From NCBI GenBank assembly GCA_032718475.1, contig JAUCBJ010008260.1, forward strand, positions 14,623-78,622: 64,000 nt of DNA. Reading direction: 5' to 3'. Below, one piece after another: positions 1-12,900 of the stretch. The notes under the pieces were generated by a model. It ran no database searches, was not told the DNA's origin, and saw only the letters and a list, made by a program, of their open reading frames with translations. Positions within the stretch are counted from its first letter, which is position 1; every line of letters begins with the position of its first letter. The position numbers and the translations under genes are program-made. Source of the DNA: Nemertoderma westbladi. Its lineage: Eukaryota > Animalia > Xenacoelomorpha.

Positions 1-1762
1 CCACCTTAGTCAGTTAGTGTTGTGGTTTATACTATTAGTTTATACTTATATGAACAAGGTACGAAACGAATACAGTATGTTTCGAGTTTTATAACGCCAA
101 TAAAACCAAAACGGTGACTTAGATAAAACGCGGACGTAGAGTAGGCCTATTTGGAATCAGTGTATGTAAATGCGCCATGCGATAAAACACGGACGTAGAG
201 TATTTGTAATCAGTGTATGTAAATGCGGCGCCATGTGGAGTTTCAGAGTTTCACAGGATTCCGTTTCCCAGCGAAAAAATAAACACATCGGAAAGGAATT
301 TGACACATTCACTATCATTAAGGAACTTTCGTATTTTCGACCATCTTCCCAATCAGCCTGGGAAAATTCACATGAGGGGTATTTTTGTATTCACGTGCTG
401 CGCGATGTCCTTTATTATTTTTTGAGGGGGATGATCTGTTGATCGGTCAGTCGGACGGTTAGTAAGAAGGTGGGTGGATAGGAAGGTGGCAGGATGGTTG
501 TTTATTTGTTTTGGTTAGAATAAGACAGCTTCGGTAACATTATCTTTTCCCTCAATTGATAGGAAACAAAATCGTTTATTGTCTTGGTTAGAAAAGCCTG
601 CCTCTGAAACCTGCTCCTTTCCTTCAATTATGGTAGATATCAACAAATTTTATTGTTTGATTAGAAAAGCCCGCCCCTGTAACCTGCTCCTTTCCCTCAA
701 TTTCAGAATTTGTAGGTAACAACGTCGTTTATTGTTTTGGTTAGAAATTTCCGGCTCTTTTCCTTCAATTGGAAGGTAAAGGTAACAACAGCGTTTATTG
801 ATTCCCACATTCCCATCCACCTTCCCATATTCCTTCATCGTCTGGGTATAAACTCCTCTATATCCAGCTGGCAATCATGGCAATATGGGGCATGTCTGCA
901 TGTTAAGTGTTTCGTCGCCATATTCGGCAGTACAGATACCCCTTCCTGCCTTCTGCCTTCCCTTTAGAGTAACAAACAAACAATACATATTTTAAATGTA
1001 ATATATTAATACAGTAATAAGTATCATTATTTAATAATATTAATTATAATTAATTACCTTTAACTATTAATAATGATAACTACTGTATTAACAAGAAAGA
1101 TTTACCAAAATATTGCAGCAAAGGCTGTATTGTTTTTAATAAAATATTTAATGTTTTAACACCAACTAAATCTATAAAAGTTGTTTACATCTGAAACTAT
1201 CCATCTTTGCTGGGGCAATCACACAAATTTCATACCCGCCATCCTTCATCCTACAGTATATATCGCATTTTTAATTAATAACATGCCTTGCTGCATACCG
1301 GTATGACTGCTCTGCTATATCATAAGACGATACTGATAGGTCTATGTAACAGGGCAACGTGAAACGCGATCCCCTATTGCTGTATTGATTATTTACTTAA
1401 CAGACAGTTACAGTAGGTAAATATTATCTTTCTCCTGATTGGTTATAGGATCAGATGCCGCCAGATCCAGAGATCAGATCAGTTAAGGACAGACGTTTTA
1501 TTCTACCTCCGCACGCACGCAGTAGGGTTCTCCTGTACAACTGTACGCCGAACACGTTCCGCGCAGTATTTCAACTTACGCAGGGAGCTGGCGCAGAAAT
1601 GTGCTAATGTGAAGGGCTGGTGCAGAGATGTCATGGATGAACTGCCGATGCGCCGGGGCAGCCCAGCCAGCGTAGCATCGGCAATGGGAGAAATTCTGAG
1701 CTCGGCGCGGTATTTGAATTGATGGCGTAGCTTTCCACCAAGCCGCGCTACAGCTCTACGCA

Positions 1763-2005
1763 CTACCCTCGGCTATGTAAGCACCCTGCCCTACCCTCAC
1801 CCATGTAAGTACCCTGCCCTGCCCTCGCCTATGTAAGCACCATGCCCTACTCGCGGCTCCGTAAGCACCCCGCCCTACCCTCGGCTATGTAAGCACCCGG
1901 CCCTGTCATCGCCTAGTAAGCACCCTGCCCTACCCTCGCGTAGTAGGCTAAGCACCCTATCCTCAGCGCCTCGGCTATGTAAGCACCCTGTCCTTACCCT
2001 CGCCT
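1763..2005. repeat. Degenerate ~29-bp tandem repeat (CTACCCTCGGCTATGTAAGCACCCTGCC, ~8 copies)
   Basis: Direct reading. Confidence 0.9.
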
Positions 2006-2009
2006 AAAC

Positions 2010-2243
2010 TGGCACCAACAAATAAAGTTGGTGCCAGTTCCCAAGAAGGGCAACCTAACACTATGTTTATTTTCGGGTATCTCCTTGATCTCGATTGCTG
2101 CAAAACTATACAATATAATTATATTAAATCGCATCAGGGATCCCATTGAGAGACTGCTCCATGGAAATCAGAATGGGTTCTGTAAAGGTCGTGAGACCAT
2201 GGAGCCCATTTTGGCACTTAGAAGGATAATTGAAGAGTTATAA
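2010..2243 (+). mobile_element. Degraded LINE RT fragment (N-terminal part)
   Basis: VPVPKKGNL...GISLISIAAKLYN.IILNRI...NQNGF..GR.T...ILALRRIIEE. Confidence 0.85.
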
Positions 2244-3464
2244 AAAAAGTGCCGTTTAAAGTAAAAAGTTTTTAAAGTTTTTACTTGCCGTAAAAAGGGC
2301 CGGATTAAGATTATCAGGGTATTTAAAAGGGCCATTTCCGACGGCAGAAAAATAACGTGAAAAACGAATACAGTATGCAATTTAGTAACCAAGTTAGCAG
2401 GTTAAATGTTACACAAAAAACTAAACTAAAAAAACTAAAAAAAAAGGAAAGGAAATTAAAAATACTGACTTTAAGTTCTTTGATGGCATTAATTGTCCGT
2501 CCAGGGGGGGGGGGGGGGGGTTCTATAAAATATGGAGTGGTCAATATTATTGGATGGTTTCAATACAATCAGAGCTGCTTCAATGCCCCTAGGCAGTAAA
2601 TTTCAAATTTTGACCACAATTTCTAACATTATTAAGAATTCCGCAATTAGAATTCCACAGTAATTTAAAATTGTATAAAGGAACCTGTGAATGAACTTTT
2701 GAGATAGTTTAGTTATCAATGTTTATAGTCTACATAGCCGAAATTTTACTGAAATAAATTTTATTGAAATATCGTCGAATGGGCCCAATGGGCCGTATTC
2801 TTTAACCATGTTATGCCATGGCATTGTGGTTTAATCCGCTGCCCTGAATTTATATCTCTGGTTCCAGAGGTTGTGGGTTCGAGCCATTTGTTTGGTTATG
2901 TAAGAAACAAAAACGATATTATCAGTCTAAATAATTGACTATTGGCAATTTGGACGAATTTAATTTCTATTAAATATTCCTGACAACAATAAACGATAAC
3001 GTGAACACGTTAGGGCTTCCCTCCGTGCGTTTATGGGGCTTTACACAGCAGTCTAGCACACAGCAGGGAACTAGTCACTCCTCCTAGCGGCTGACAGAGG
3101 AAATATGGATGTCTGTCAATGAGGAGAGTTCCTAAATCTCTTATAGACTAATTATACCGCTACACACAAGGCTTACCTTGACTTTATAGCTCGTTTTACA
3201 TTGTAAATGCGGGCGAAGCGAGCGGAAATTTTTTGGAAAACCTGTTTATAACTTTGTGATATAAAATAGAAGTTTTGTGCCGAGCGGGGTCTTTTAAGGA
3301 TTACTTTTGTATTACTCATCCACTCATCGGTAATTCCCGAGCCCGTTTCAAGACGGGGCCCCTGGTTACAGCCTACCGGCACTAAGTTTTTGAAAGGGCC
3401 GATTCAGTCGCTTGGGCCGAGGGCTGCAGCCCACGGCCACACAGCCTCCCCCTTATCCAGGCCT

Positions 3465-3850
3465 GAGGGAGCCCAACGGCTCCTCAGCTCATTAGAACAG
3501 GCTGCTTGCTTCTAGTGTAGGTCTTTTTATTAACTCCAAAAAGACCAACATTTTGACAGTTAACTTTGAAAGTCCTCAGCAAGTCTCTAAGTCTCTCATA
3601 AGCTCAAATGATGGTATGCTTGAGCATGTGGACGTCTTCTGTTACCCGGGATCATGGATCCGGAAGTCAGGTGAGGACCTTCGAATACGTACGGGGGAGG
3701 CATGGGCAGCATTTAATCGGCTTTCCAGGATTTGGAAGTCAAATAGAATTCATCGGAAACTTAAGGTATGATTATTTAGCATTTAGAGCAGTAGTAGTTT
3801 GAGGCTGGGCTCTAACTGCTGAGGACACCAAATCTCTGGATGGCACATTC
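3465..3850 (+). mobile_element. Degraded LINE RT fragment (C-terminal part, same family type)
   Basis: LEHVDVFCYPGSWI...DLRIR.GEAWAAFNRLSRIWKS, homologous to the element at 27734-28926. Confidence 0.8.
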
Positions 3851-4670
3851 ACGTTAAATAAATAAATAAATAAAATAAATAATAACCCCACGTTAAATAA
3901 ATATATATTCGTCATAGAAGATCCCTCCGGAAATCGAAGTCGAAAAAGAAAACATAATATTAGCGTAATAGGAAATATATGTTCTGGAATGATTTCACGA
4001 CATGGGCTCCAACTGATTGCCATAAAGGCCCTTACATCATATTATTATTATTTGTGATTTACATTGCTTATCGCGATTTGAGGGCGGGGCCAGTTCACGA
4101 TGCGTCCTAGTAGTGAGGTCGGGGTCGGCCTACTCACATGTATGTATTCCAGACGCTCCATAGACTGAGTATAACCAATTGCTATTGTTTAGGTTTAGCT
4201 CACAATACGGCTCGCCCCATAATATGGAAACATTTGTGTACATAATCGAAATGTTAAGGAATTATAATGGGATTAATGACATTAGTGAGCCAATCCAATA
4301 GCTATGCTATGCTGAAGAATAACGCTCAATAACAGCAATGTTTTCATCTTTAGCTGCAGCGGCCATCAGCTGATAACAATATTGGGTGCTGATTGGTCTT
4401 CCCTTTGGTCTCCAGAGCAACCCCTAGCAATTGCCTTCCCTGTTCAATTAGGCAACTGTATGATTTGTTTGTTGTGATAAAAAAAAAGAGAACCCTTGAT
4501 TGGCTACCTCGTTCTGATAGTGGATAATAAATACTGGACAGGCTGACTGAGTTTTTTTTACTTAATTTAAAATGTATAGGGGATTGTTTATGTTTTACCA
4601 GTTTGTTTTTCGAGATATGTTTGAGCCGATCGAATCAAACTGTTAAATAAGTAAATATTTACCATCAACC

Positions 4671-5672
4671 ATGGATAGTTTTAGCTGTCCTCAGGGGTCT
4701 AATAACGCGGAGCAGACCAATAATTCGACGAAAAATTCCAACCAATCCGGGGCGACCAATGACATCATTATGGACGTCAAAACGGCGGCGTTGGCTCGGC
4801 GCCGTAAACGATGCTGTTCCGAGTCGGACAGTCGGATCCACTGGGCGACTCCGAGCCCGAGCATCAGCCAGTTAAAGAAAGCCGTTGAGACGCTGTGCGA
4901 CCAACCCAAACAACGACGGAAACGAAAACGCCGCAACCGGCAACCGGAGAAAAGCAACGTGCCGCGCGCCCCGGAGAACACCACGCAGTTCCTAATGGCG
5001 GACCACGAGTTGGAGTCCGGTACCGGGATGAAGATCGACAACACTCCGACGAGCGCAGCGACGGGCGGGGGCATGGCGTTGCTGTCGAGCGCGGACTACG
5101 GGTCCAGCGACTGCAGCAGTGGGATCGAAGAGCAGGACGACGAGTTACACGAGAGATTCTACGAGGAAGACTTTAAGAAGACTTGGAGTCAGGTACACAG
5201 CGACGAGTTGTATACCCTCCCGAAACCGACGCTCATAAAGGCCTACATGAATATGGAAGACAAACTCACTGATAAACTTGCTTTTATGGAACTCGAATTG
5301 AAACGTTCTCAGGTCGCTCTACAGACCTCGGTCTCTAAGAACGACGCACTCAAACGGGCCAACTCCGAACTTATTAAAAAGTGTCAACAATTCGAGTTAC
5401 GTAACTCAGAACTTTCTATCACTCTTGGCCAACAGCTGATGAAGTCGCCCCCCCATCGGTCCCCCCACCACGCTGCGGTTTCCCCCTCCCATCGGTCCCC
5501 CCATCACCCCGTGTCCCCCTCCTCCCATCGGTCGACCCCGCCCCATCGCTACCAACTCAGGGAGTCCCCACGTTCTTCGCCCCCCAAGCAGCCATCTTCC
5601 CCCGCCTACCAGTACAGTCCCACAACCGAGTACAGTCCCGCGAGAAAAACTTCGGCATCCAGTCCCATCTGA
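4671..5672 (+). CDS. HEXIM: HEXIM family P-TEFb inhibitor (7SK-binding), single coding exon, 333 aa
   Basis: Arg/Lys-rich motif KQRRKRKRRNR, then APENTTQFLM (cf. HEXIM1 APYNTTQFLM), an acidic stretch, FYEEDFKKTW...LPKPTLIKAYMNMEDK (cf. FLQRDFSETY...MSKQELIKEYLELEK) and a coiled coil. Good Kozak context (ACCATGG). Confidence 0.8.
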   Translation: MDSFSCPQGSNNAEQTNNSTKNSNQSGATNDIIMDVKTAALARRRKRCCSESDSRIHWATPSPSISQLKKAVETLCDQPKQRRKRKRRNRQPEKSNVPRAPENTTQFLMADHELESGTGMKIDNTPTSAATGGGMALLSSADYGSSDCSSGIEEQDDELHERFYEEDFKKTWSQVHSDELYTLPKPTLIKAYMNMEDKLTDKLAFMELELKRSQVALQTSVSKNDALKRANSELIKKCQQFELRNSELSITLGQQLMKSPPHRSPHHAAVSPSHRSPHHPVSPSSHRSTPPHRYQLRESPRSSPPKQPSSPAYQYSPTTEYSPARKTSASSPI

Positions 5673-5705
5673 CCGATCCTGTAGTAATTGTAAAACCATG
5701 ATACT

Positions 5706-6770
5706 ATCTCTGGAACCACGTGACTCTCTAAAACCACGTGACTCTCTCTGGAACCACGTGACTCTCTGGTACCACGTGACTCTCTCTAGAACCACGTGAC
5801 TCTCTCTGGAACCACGTGACTCTCTCTCGTACCACGTGACTCTCCCTGGAACCACGTGGCTCTCTCTGGAACCACGTGACTCTCTCTAGAACCCCGTGAC
5901 TCTCTCTGGAACCACGTGACTCTCTCTGGAACCACGTGACTCTCTGGAACCACGTGACTCTCTCTGGAACAACGTGGCTCTCTCTGGAACCACGTGACTC
6001 TCTCTAGAACCCCGTGACTCTCTCTCGAACCACGTGACTCTCCCTGGAACCACGTGGCTCTCTCTAGAACCACGTGGCTCTCTCTGGAACCACGTGACTC
6101 TCTCTGGAACCACGTGAGTCTCTCTCGAACCACGTGACTCTCCCTGGAACCACGTGGCTCTCTCTAGAACCACGTGGCTCTCTCTAGAACCACGTGGCTC
6201 TCTCTAGAACCACGTGGCTCTCTCTGGAACCACGTGAGTCTCTCTAGAACCCCGTGACTCTCTCTGGAACCACGTGACTCTCTCTGGAACCACGTGACTC
6301 TCTGGAACCACGTGACTCTCTCTGGAACAGCGTGGCTCTCTCTGGAACCACGTGACTCTCTCTAGAACCCCGTGACTCTCTCTCGAACCACGTGACTCTC
6401 CCTGGAACCACGTGGCTCTCTCTAGAACCACGTGGCTCTCTCTGGAACCACGTGACTCTCTCTGGAACCACGTGAGTCTCTCTCGAACCACGTGACTCTC
6501 CCTGGAACCACGTGGCTCTCTCTAGAACCACGTGGCTCTCTCTAGAACCACGTGGCTCTCTCTGGAACCACATGACTCTTTCTAGAACCACGTGACTCTC
6601 TCTCGAACCACGTGAGTCTCCCTGGAACCACGTGACTCTCCCTGGAACCACGTGACTCTCTCTAGAACCACGTGACTCTCTCTAGAATCATGTGACTCTC
6701 TGGAACCACGTGACTCTCTCTGGAACCACGTGACTCTCTCTGGAACCACGTGACTATCCGCGGAACCATG
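5706..6770. repeat. 20-bp minisatellite (CTGGAACCACGTGACTCTCT, ~53 units) just downstream of the HEXIM stop codon
   Basis: Direct reading; most units contain CACGTG. An internal duplication with a ~358-bp offset is shown by identical translated blocks in the ORF track. Confidence 0.98.
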
Positions 6771-7924
6771 TAAGAATATAACAACCACACAATTTCCATG
6801 TAATGACGTGATTATAGTTTTATCCCACATACAGTCACGTGACTATGGGTAGAATACGTGACTGACTTACAACCATTGGAAACACGTGACTGACTAACAA
6901 CCATTGGAAACACGTGACTTCTATGTGTGGTATAATCACGCGACTATTCACTGACATCGGGCACTTTTTATTATTTTTAGGAATTATATTATACTTAGTT
7001 TCATTTCATTAGGGGTGAGTGGTATGCTAATATTATAGTATTTGTATTGTATTACTAACATATTTGTTATTTAAATATATATAAATATAAATATATGTTA
7101 TTTAAATAAATCTTGACAACATTATGCTGAAAGACCTTTTCAGTGGGGCTGTATGTACATAAATTACTTCCTTTTTTCAGGGATTTTAATCTCGGACTTT
7201 ACATCACTTCCCGCTATGATTTATATAATTTAAACCTCCTTGCAACAATTTTTGTTTATTTTTTCAACAAATTTAAAATTTATGCAGTGTTGTGTTTTAT
7301 TTATAGCAAGAGTTATAAATTTTCTCACAAATTGTCACGTCTGTCTAACTTACACGCAAGTATAACAGGTCTGTCACGAATTTGTTTTTGTTCACTGACG
7401 AACGGAAGCCTTAGTATATAGATTAGTTTATTTAAGAGTTTACGATATTCTGGTTCATAATAGTAAGTTTATGTTTTATATACGTATTGTTTTTTGTTTT
7501 TGATATGTTTATTTTGAACTCTTCTAACCAATATGTCACGAACGCAATATTGGCCATTAATGCTGTTAGTGGCCCTTCGAGACATTCACAATAATTAAAA
7601 ACATATTTCTTTTCATTGTTCTTTCGTTTTTAAATCAGACAAGATTTCTGTGTCTTTTGTATACAATTTCCGGTATAATGTTAGTGTTTAGATATTAATT
7701 ACTGATTCTTATGATTTGAGTTCATGATCATTATAATATTTTCGGTTAATTTATTTAATCGTTTGTAATCCAATCTTTCTGAGATTATGTAGAGTAGGTT
7801 TTATTGATTAAATTATTATAAATTGTTTTGGCTTTCAATTTAAACTTGATTATAATTTACGCGCCTGCAAAGTGGCCAAAATATCTGTACGATATTTCTA
7901 TATTTCTATTTGTCAACAAATATC

Positions 7925-8345
7925 AAGACAGGGGGGAAACTGACGCAAATCCCATCTTGGCGAATTAATATCCCGCCTCAATGTTAAATTCTCAATTTAG
8001 GGAAAGGAACAGGTTACAGTGAAATGTTATTTTAACCAAAACAATAAACTAAACACAATAGGACAGGTTACAGTTTTATTTTTGAGAGTAATCAGCTGTT
8101 ATTTGCGTCGAATTTCCCCAGGAGAGGAATGAATTTTTATTGCGTCCAGCCCCCCCCCCCCCCCCCCCCCCTATCTGCAAATATCATTCGAAAGGTATTT
8201 GCGGTGCGAATATGATGACGGTCCGTGCCACGGTTAATTATTACGTCACACACAAACACATAGACCAAAATGTCGTGTTCGACGCCTTACTGATAATAAA
8301 TAAATGGTTAATGGATTTTTGTAATGATATCAAATGTACCATTTA
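7925..8345 (+). repeat. Copy of a dispersed repeat family (core AGG..CAGGTTACAGTG...TAACCAAAACAATAAAC)
   Basis: Related sequence at ~500-800 (minus, several subrepeats), 20625-20740, 40655-40870, 51600-51750, 55190-55390 and 60240-60305 (minus). Confidence 0.7.
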
Positions 8346-9834
8346 AAGAGAGGGGCAGTCCAAATCATAACTCATCGCTTTTCAGGAGAAAATCGACGCA
8401 AATAATTAATTTATTAAAGTTGATATATTTGGATAAGTGAATAATATGTTTTACATGGTAGCTTAAACGATATTGATTTACAGCCTGTAAATTTTAGTAT
8501 ATTTTAGGGAAACACCAAAATCGCGACCTTTTCGACTTCACCAATCTATCATCTCATTCAACTGATTCTCTAACGTACACAATTATATTGCTGTTTAGGC
8601 AAAGTGGAAAATTCTTAATTTAATGTCATATACGTTTTACTTTATTACATTTATGTAAAAATCAACTTTGAAGTGTAAGCAAGGCAACGATTTGGCCACT
8701 GTGCTGGAAATTCACCCTCTTTTTAGTTTTATGTAGTAATGTTCTCTGTTTTCATTAGTTTTCGTTTGTAATTGAATTACGATTTTATACATAATCGTGT
8801 GAAATGTAACACTTTTTTGAGCGTTATGACCTGCGTGCGCATCTATGAACTTTACACACTATGATGTCCAGAATTTTGGTACATCATGTCAACTTATCGG
8901 CGTTCTGAACCTTTAACTATTAATTTTATTTAACATTGTTTCAGAATGAAATGTTGATTTCTTGATGACATTTGGACACAGTAATCACAAGCTTGGTGAC
9001 TTCAAATGTATTGGTCAGAATTTTAAAATTTTGATCCTAACTCATTTTATTGGCTTCGAAATGTGAAAAATGCTAATTTTTTAAAAAAAATATGAAAATA
9101 ATTAATTAATTTGGTAATAAAATTGGAAATAATCAATATCAAAAAATGTCCACCAATACTTTTATTCAACACTATATCCTAATTATACATACGAAATAAC
9201 TCGTTATATAACTAATGTTTGTTCGAGGAGTAGTGTTTTTAGTAATAATAGTAATAATTTTATGCTACTAAATAGCACTAAATTATTATAACTATATTAC
9301 AAAAAAATTTTTTAAAACAACCTTCAGTTATCGATTGACCCTTATACCAAAAATTATTCATTTTGGACAAAGCCTTGCCCTGTTACTATTGGTTTTCATT
9401 GACTGTGTTAAAATAAAAACATAAATACATAAATAAAAACATAAATTTTCCATATAGTGAAATATTATAATCTGACGCTGTAAATGAAAGTGGCGGTTCC
9501 TTAAAATAAGTCTTACAATTAAATTAATATTAATTAATATTATATAATTATTACGAAAATTAATTTTGATATTAATATAACATGTACTTTGATTATTCCA
9601 ATTCCAACATTAAACTTATAAACATTGTACTGTATATTTGTTTAATCGTATAAATTATAATCAACTATTAATTAGTATAATTTTAATAACAATTTGTTTT
9701 TGTTTGATTAATAATAATTTATGTATCCGAAATTTTAAGATAAGTTTCTTTATAGCTTAGTTATGTCGCTACATTAATAGCATAACGTGTATTACAATGT
9801 AGCATTCATTTATAATGAAAAAAAGAAAGAAATA

Positions 9835-9840
9835 TTTATT
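9835..9840 (-). terminator. Candidate polyadenylation signal (AATAAA) for CFAP57
   Basis: First minus-strand AATAAA I found after the stop, ~137 nt downstream. The AT-rich context makes a chance match plausible. Confidence 0.4.
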
Positions 9841-9976
9841 CATATTAATATATTTACAATTTCATAATTCGAAGTTAAATTGGTAATTTTAATATAAAAT
9901 AAGCTAATTTTTCTACGGTAGTTTATTTAAATACCGACAAAACAATTTGCAGAATTTTAACATAATAAGTGTTGAT

Positions 9977-12900
9977 TTATGATTCGGCAGTGACTACGGG
10001 GGGCAGTCTTCCACCACTGCCCGGTCTGAGTTTCATCGCGGTTCGAACTTCGTGAAGGTCCGACTGGAGACGACGGATCTCCGCGTGTTGCAACTCGATT
10101 ACCCGTTGGTGTGAGTCATCGCTCTGTCGGTTCCGCGAATCGGGTCTCGTTTCCTCGGCAACCAATGCGTCTCCCCCCTTATTGGACAACCCCATCTGAG
10201 CCTCCAAGTCGTTGACCCGGCTGCGAGCGAGCTTGAGTTCCGTTCGAAGGTCGTTAATCTCCTTTATCAGCGTCACATTGTCCTGCATTATCCTAACCTT
10301 ATCGGCTTTCTGTAGACTAGTATCCTTATTCAACTTCTTTCTAAGTGACGCTATATTTCTCTCTAGATGTTCACGTTGTCTCGCATACTCTTTCTGAATG
10401 TCCGCGTCGATATTGGCACTATCTAGCGTTTCACCGCTCGCGTACTTATGATACACGGCTTTGATGTGATCTTTGAGCAACTTAGGATCTTGAATGAACC
10501 CCACGGTGTTGTGGAGGTCTGTTTGGATTTGACGTATGTGGGATTCTAGATCCCGAACCACCTGTCCTTCTGAGAACATTTCTTTTTCGGTCGCTTTTAG
10601 TTTCTGGAATAATTCCTTGTTGTTTAGCTTTAATGAAGTGTTCTCTTTGCTCGATCTATCCAACTCGTTCTCCATCTCTTGTATCTGCTCTTTCTTGGCT
10701 TTGATATCATTCTCGCGAGGTTCAATTTGTTTCTTGAGCTCTTTAATTTTATAATCCAAAACGAATTTGAACTTTTCTAATTCTTGATTCTTCTTTTTGA
10801 GATCATATATTCTCTTTTCTTTGTCCTGAATTGTTTCATCCCTCTCTTGTATTTCCTTTTTAAGACTAACAATGTCACGTTCCAGTGATTTAATGATGTT
10901 GTTGAGTTTGTTAACTTCCCCGTTTAGCCGAGATATTTCCAACTTGTGGTCATCGATTTCTTTCTGCAAACTGCTGAATTTTTTCTTCATTATTCCCGTT
11001 TCTCCTTTCAACCTCAAGTTCGACTCCTTCTCATCTCGAAGACGTTTCTCATAAGTAGATTTTATATCGAGAATCTCCTTATCTGCATCTTCCTCTATTT
11101 GCTTCTTGGTCTCCTCATTCTCTCTCATCTGTTGTCTTGCTTCGTCACCCGCTACCTCCAGCTGAGTAATCTTCTCTTGAAGTTTCGTCTCGTAGTATTC
11201 CGTTAATTCTTCCAATGCATCTTCCTTACTTTCCTCCATTTCCGCCAATTGTTTCTCATAATCTTCTTGCATCTTTTGACTCTTGACTTGTAACTCTTGG
11301 TACTTTTCGTACTCAAGCATTAACTTCTGGTTATTTGTCGATTCAAGATCCTGAAGCTCCTTGCCATGTTTCTCTAAAGTCTCAGCTATTTCCTCGTCGT
11401 GTTTTGCTTCACCACGATCTTTCTCAGTTTTTAAAACCTGATTTTTTGTCTTCAACGATTCCATCTCCAAGATAAACTTCTCTGTAAGCTCCTTAATCTT
11501 CTCATTGTAGTTCATGTCTTTTAGCCTCAATTGATATTCGTTCTCCATCTTTAATTCATCGCATCTCGTCTTCAACTCACTCATATTCGTATTTTTCTCT
11601 TCCAGATCGGTTTTTGTAATAAGAATCTCCTCAGCAAATGTGATTTCCTTATCCCTCTTCATGCTTCTGCCTTCTTTATCAGAGAGTTTCCATACGACGA
11701 GGCAACCATCCTCTCCGACCGTCACCATAAACTGATCGTCGTGCGTGATGGACATTCTAGCGATGCTCCCTGCGTGCGCTTGGTAATCCGTCCATTCTCC
11801 GGGCGAGGTGAGCGGGAATTTCACGCAGCGTAACGCGCCATTAACGCTACCCGCGAATAGAAGACGCCCGGAGTTGGTCAAGGCGATCTGAGTGAGTGTG
11901 GCTCCTCCCGCGTCCATCTCTCGAAGAACGCTGGAATCCGAAATCTCTTTGATATTTTTATCGGATCCGACGGCGAACGTTGTCTTTCCATCAGGAGTGC
12001 AACATATTCCAGTGTAGCTGCAGGACTTAAGAACGCTTTCGCTGGTTCTCTTGCCGGTCGCGCTGTCCCATTCATAGACAGCCCCATCCATTCCGCAGGA
12101 GATTATCTTGCTGTCGTCAACTGTCCATATAACGTTCTTCACTTTACCGTTATGGCCCTTCAGATTCAGGATGTTATCGAACGTGATCGAGGAATAAATC
12201 TGTATAACGTTGCCCTGGACAGCGGCGAACGCGTGACCCCCGTTGCTAAACGAGCATTCGCGACAACCGCGAATTGTAAACTCCTTGAACATTCGGATGT
12301 CGTCGATGAGGATATTCATGAGTCGGACTTTATCGGAGAAGCCGACAAGGACGTAGAGACCGGAGGGATGGAGTGCGATGCTGTAGACTTCTTCCTGGAA
12401 GATCTTGTAAATCTCCAAAAGATTCGTCTCGAAGTTCCATATGCGTATTGATTTATCCAATGAGCAGGTCGCTATATAAGGTTTACGGTAACAGATGCTC
12501 ATACCTGTGATTGCGCCGTAATGGAAACTCTGGGCCAACATGTCGAATTCGGCTACTTCCGATTCGGTGTGACGGCCGAGATCCGAGGTTATCAGGTTGT
12601 AGCTGAGCAACTGACTGGTATCTGTGCTCGCGACTATGGTCTCCTCCGCTGGACTCACTGAAAGGTGTCGCACTTCCGGTATGACGACCTTGGAAGGGTC
12701 TGCCGTCACTGATGTATCGACAGGGACCCGTATTTCTTTGGTTTTCTTGTAATCTCCTTCTTCTGTCCGCTCATAGACGTGGACGCTCCCCAGGCCAGCG
12801 GCGCACACGAATCCCTTGGACATTCCCACTATGCAGTTGATTTGACAAATGTGCCGGTAGGAGGATGACGTCATTTCCGTTTCAACACCACTCTGAGACG

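Noticed and set aside
122-237. ~58-bp direct duplication
   Set aside because: Two diverged copies only; ordinary local duplication, probably within a repeat element.
1500-1765. GC-rich segment as a coding exon
   Set aside because: Plus-strand frames all stop near 1712-1730, and the minus-strand ORF resembles nothing I recognise.
2815-2890. tRNA gene (GGTTCGAGCC B-box-like)
   Set aside because: No cloverleaf can be folded; more likely a SINE-head remnant.
5406-6830. Minus-strand ORFs with RESHVV/ERVTWF repeats
   Set aside because: They are translations of the 20-bp minisatellite in several frames, mostly with non-ATG starts.
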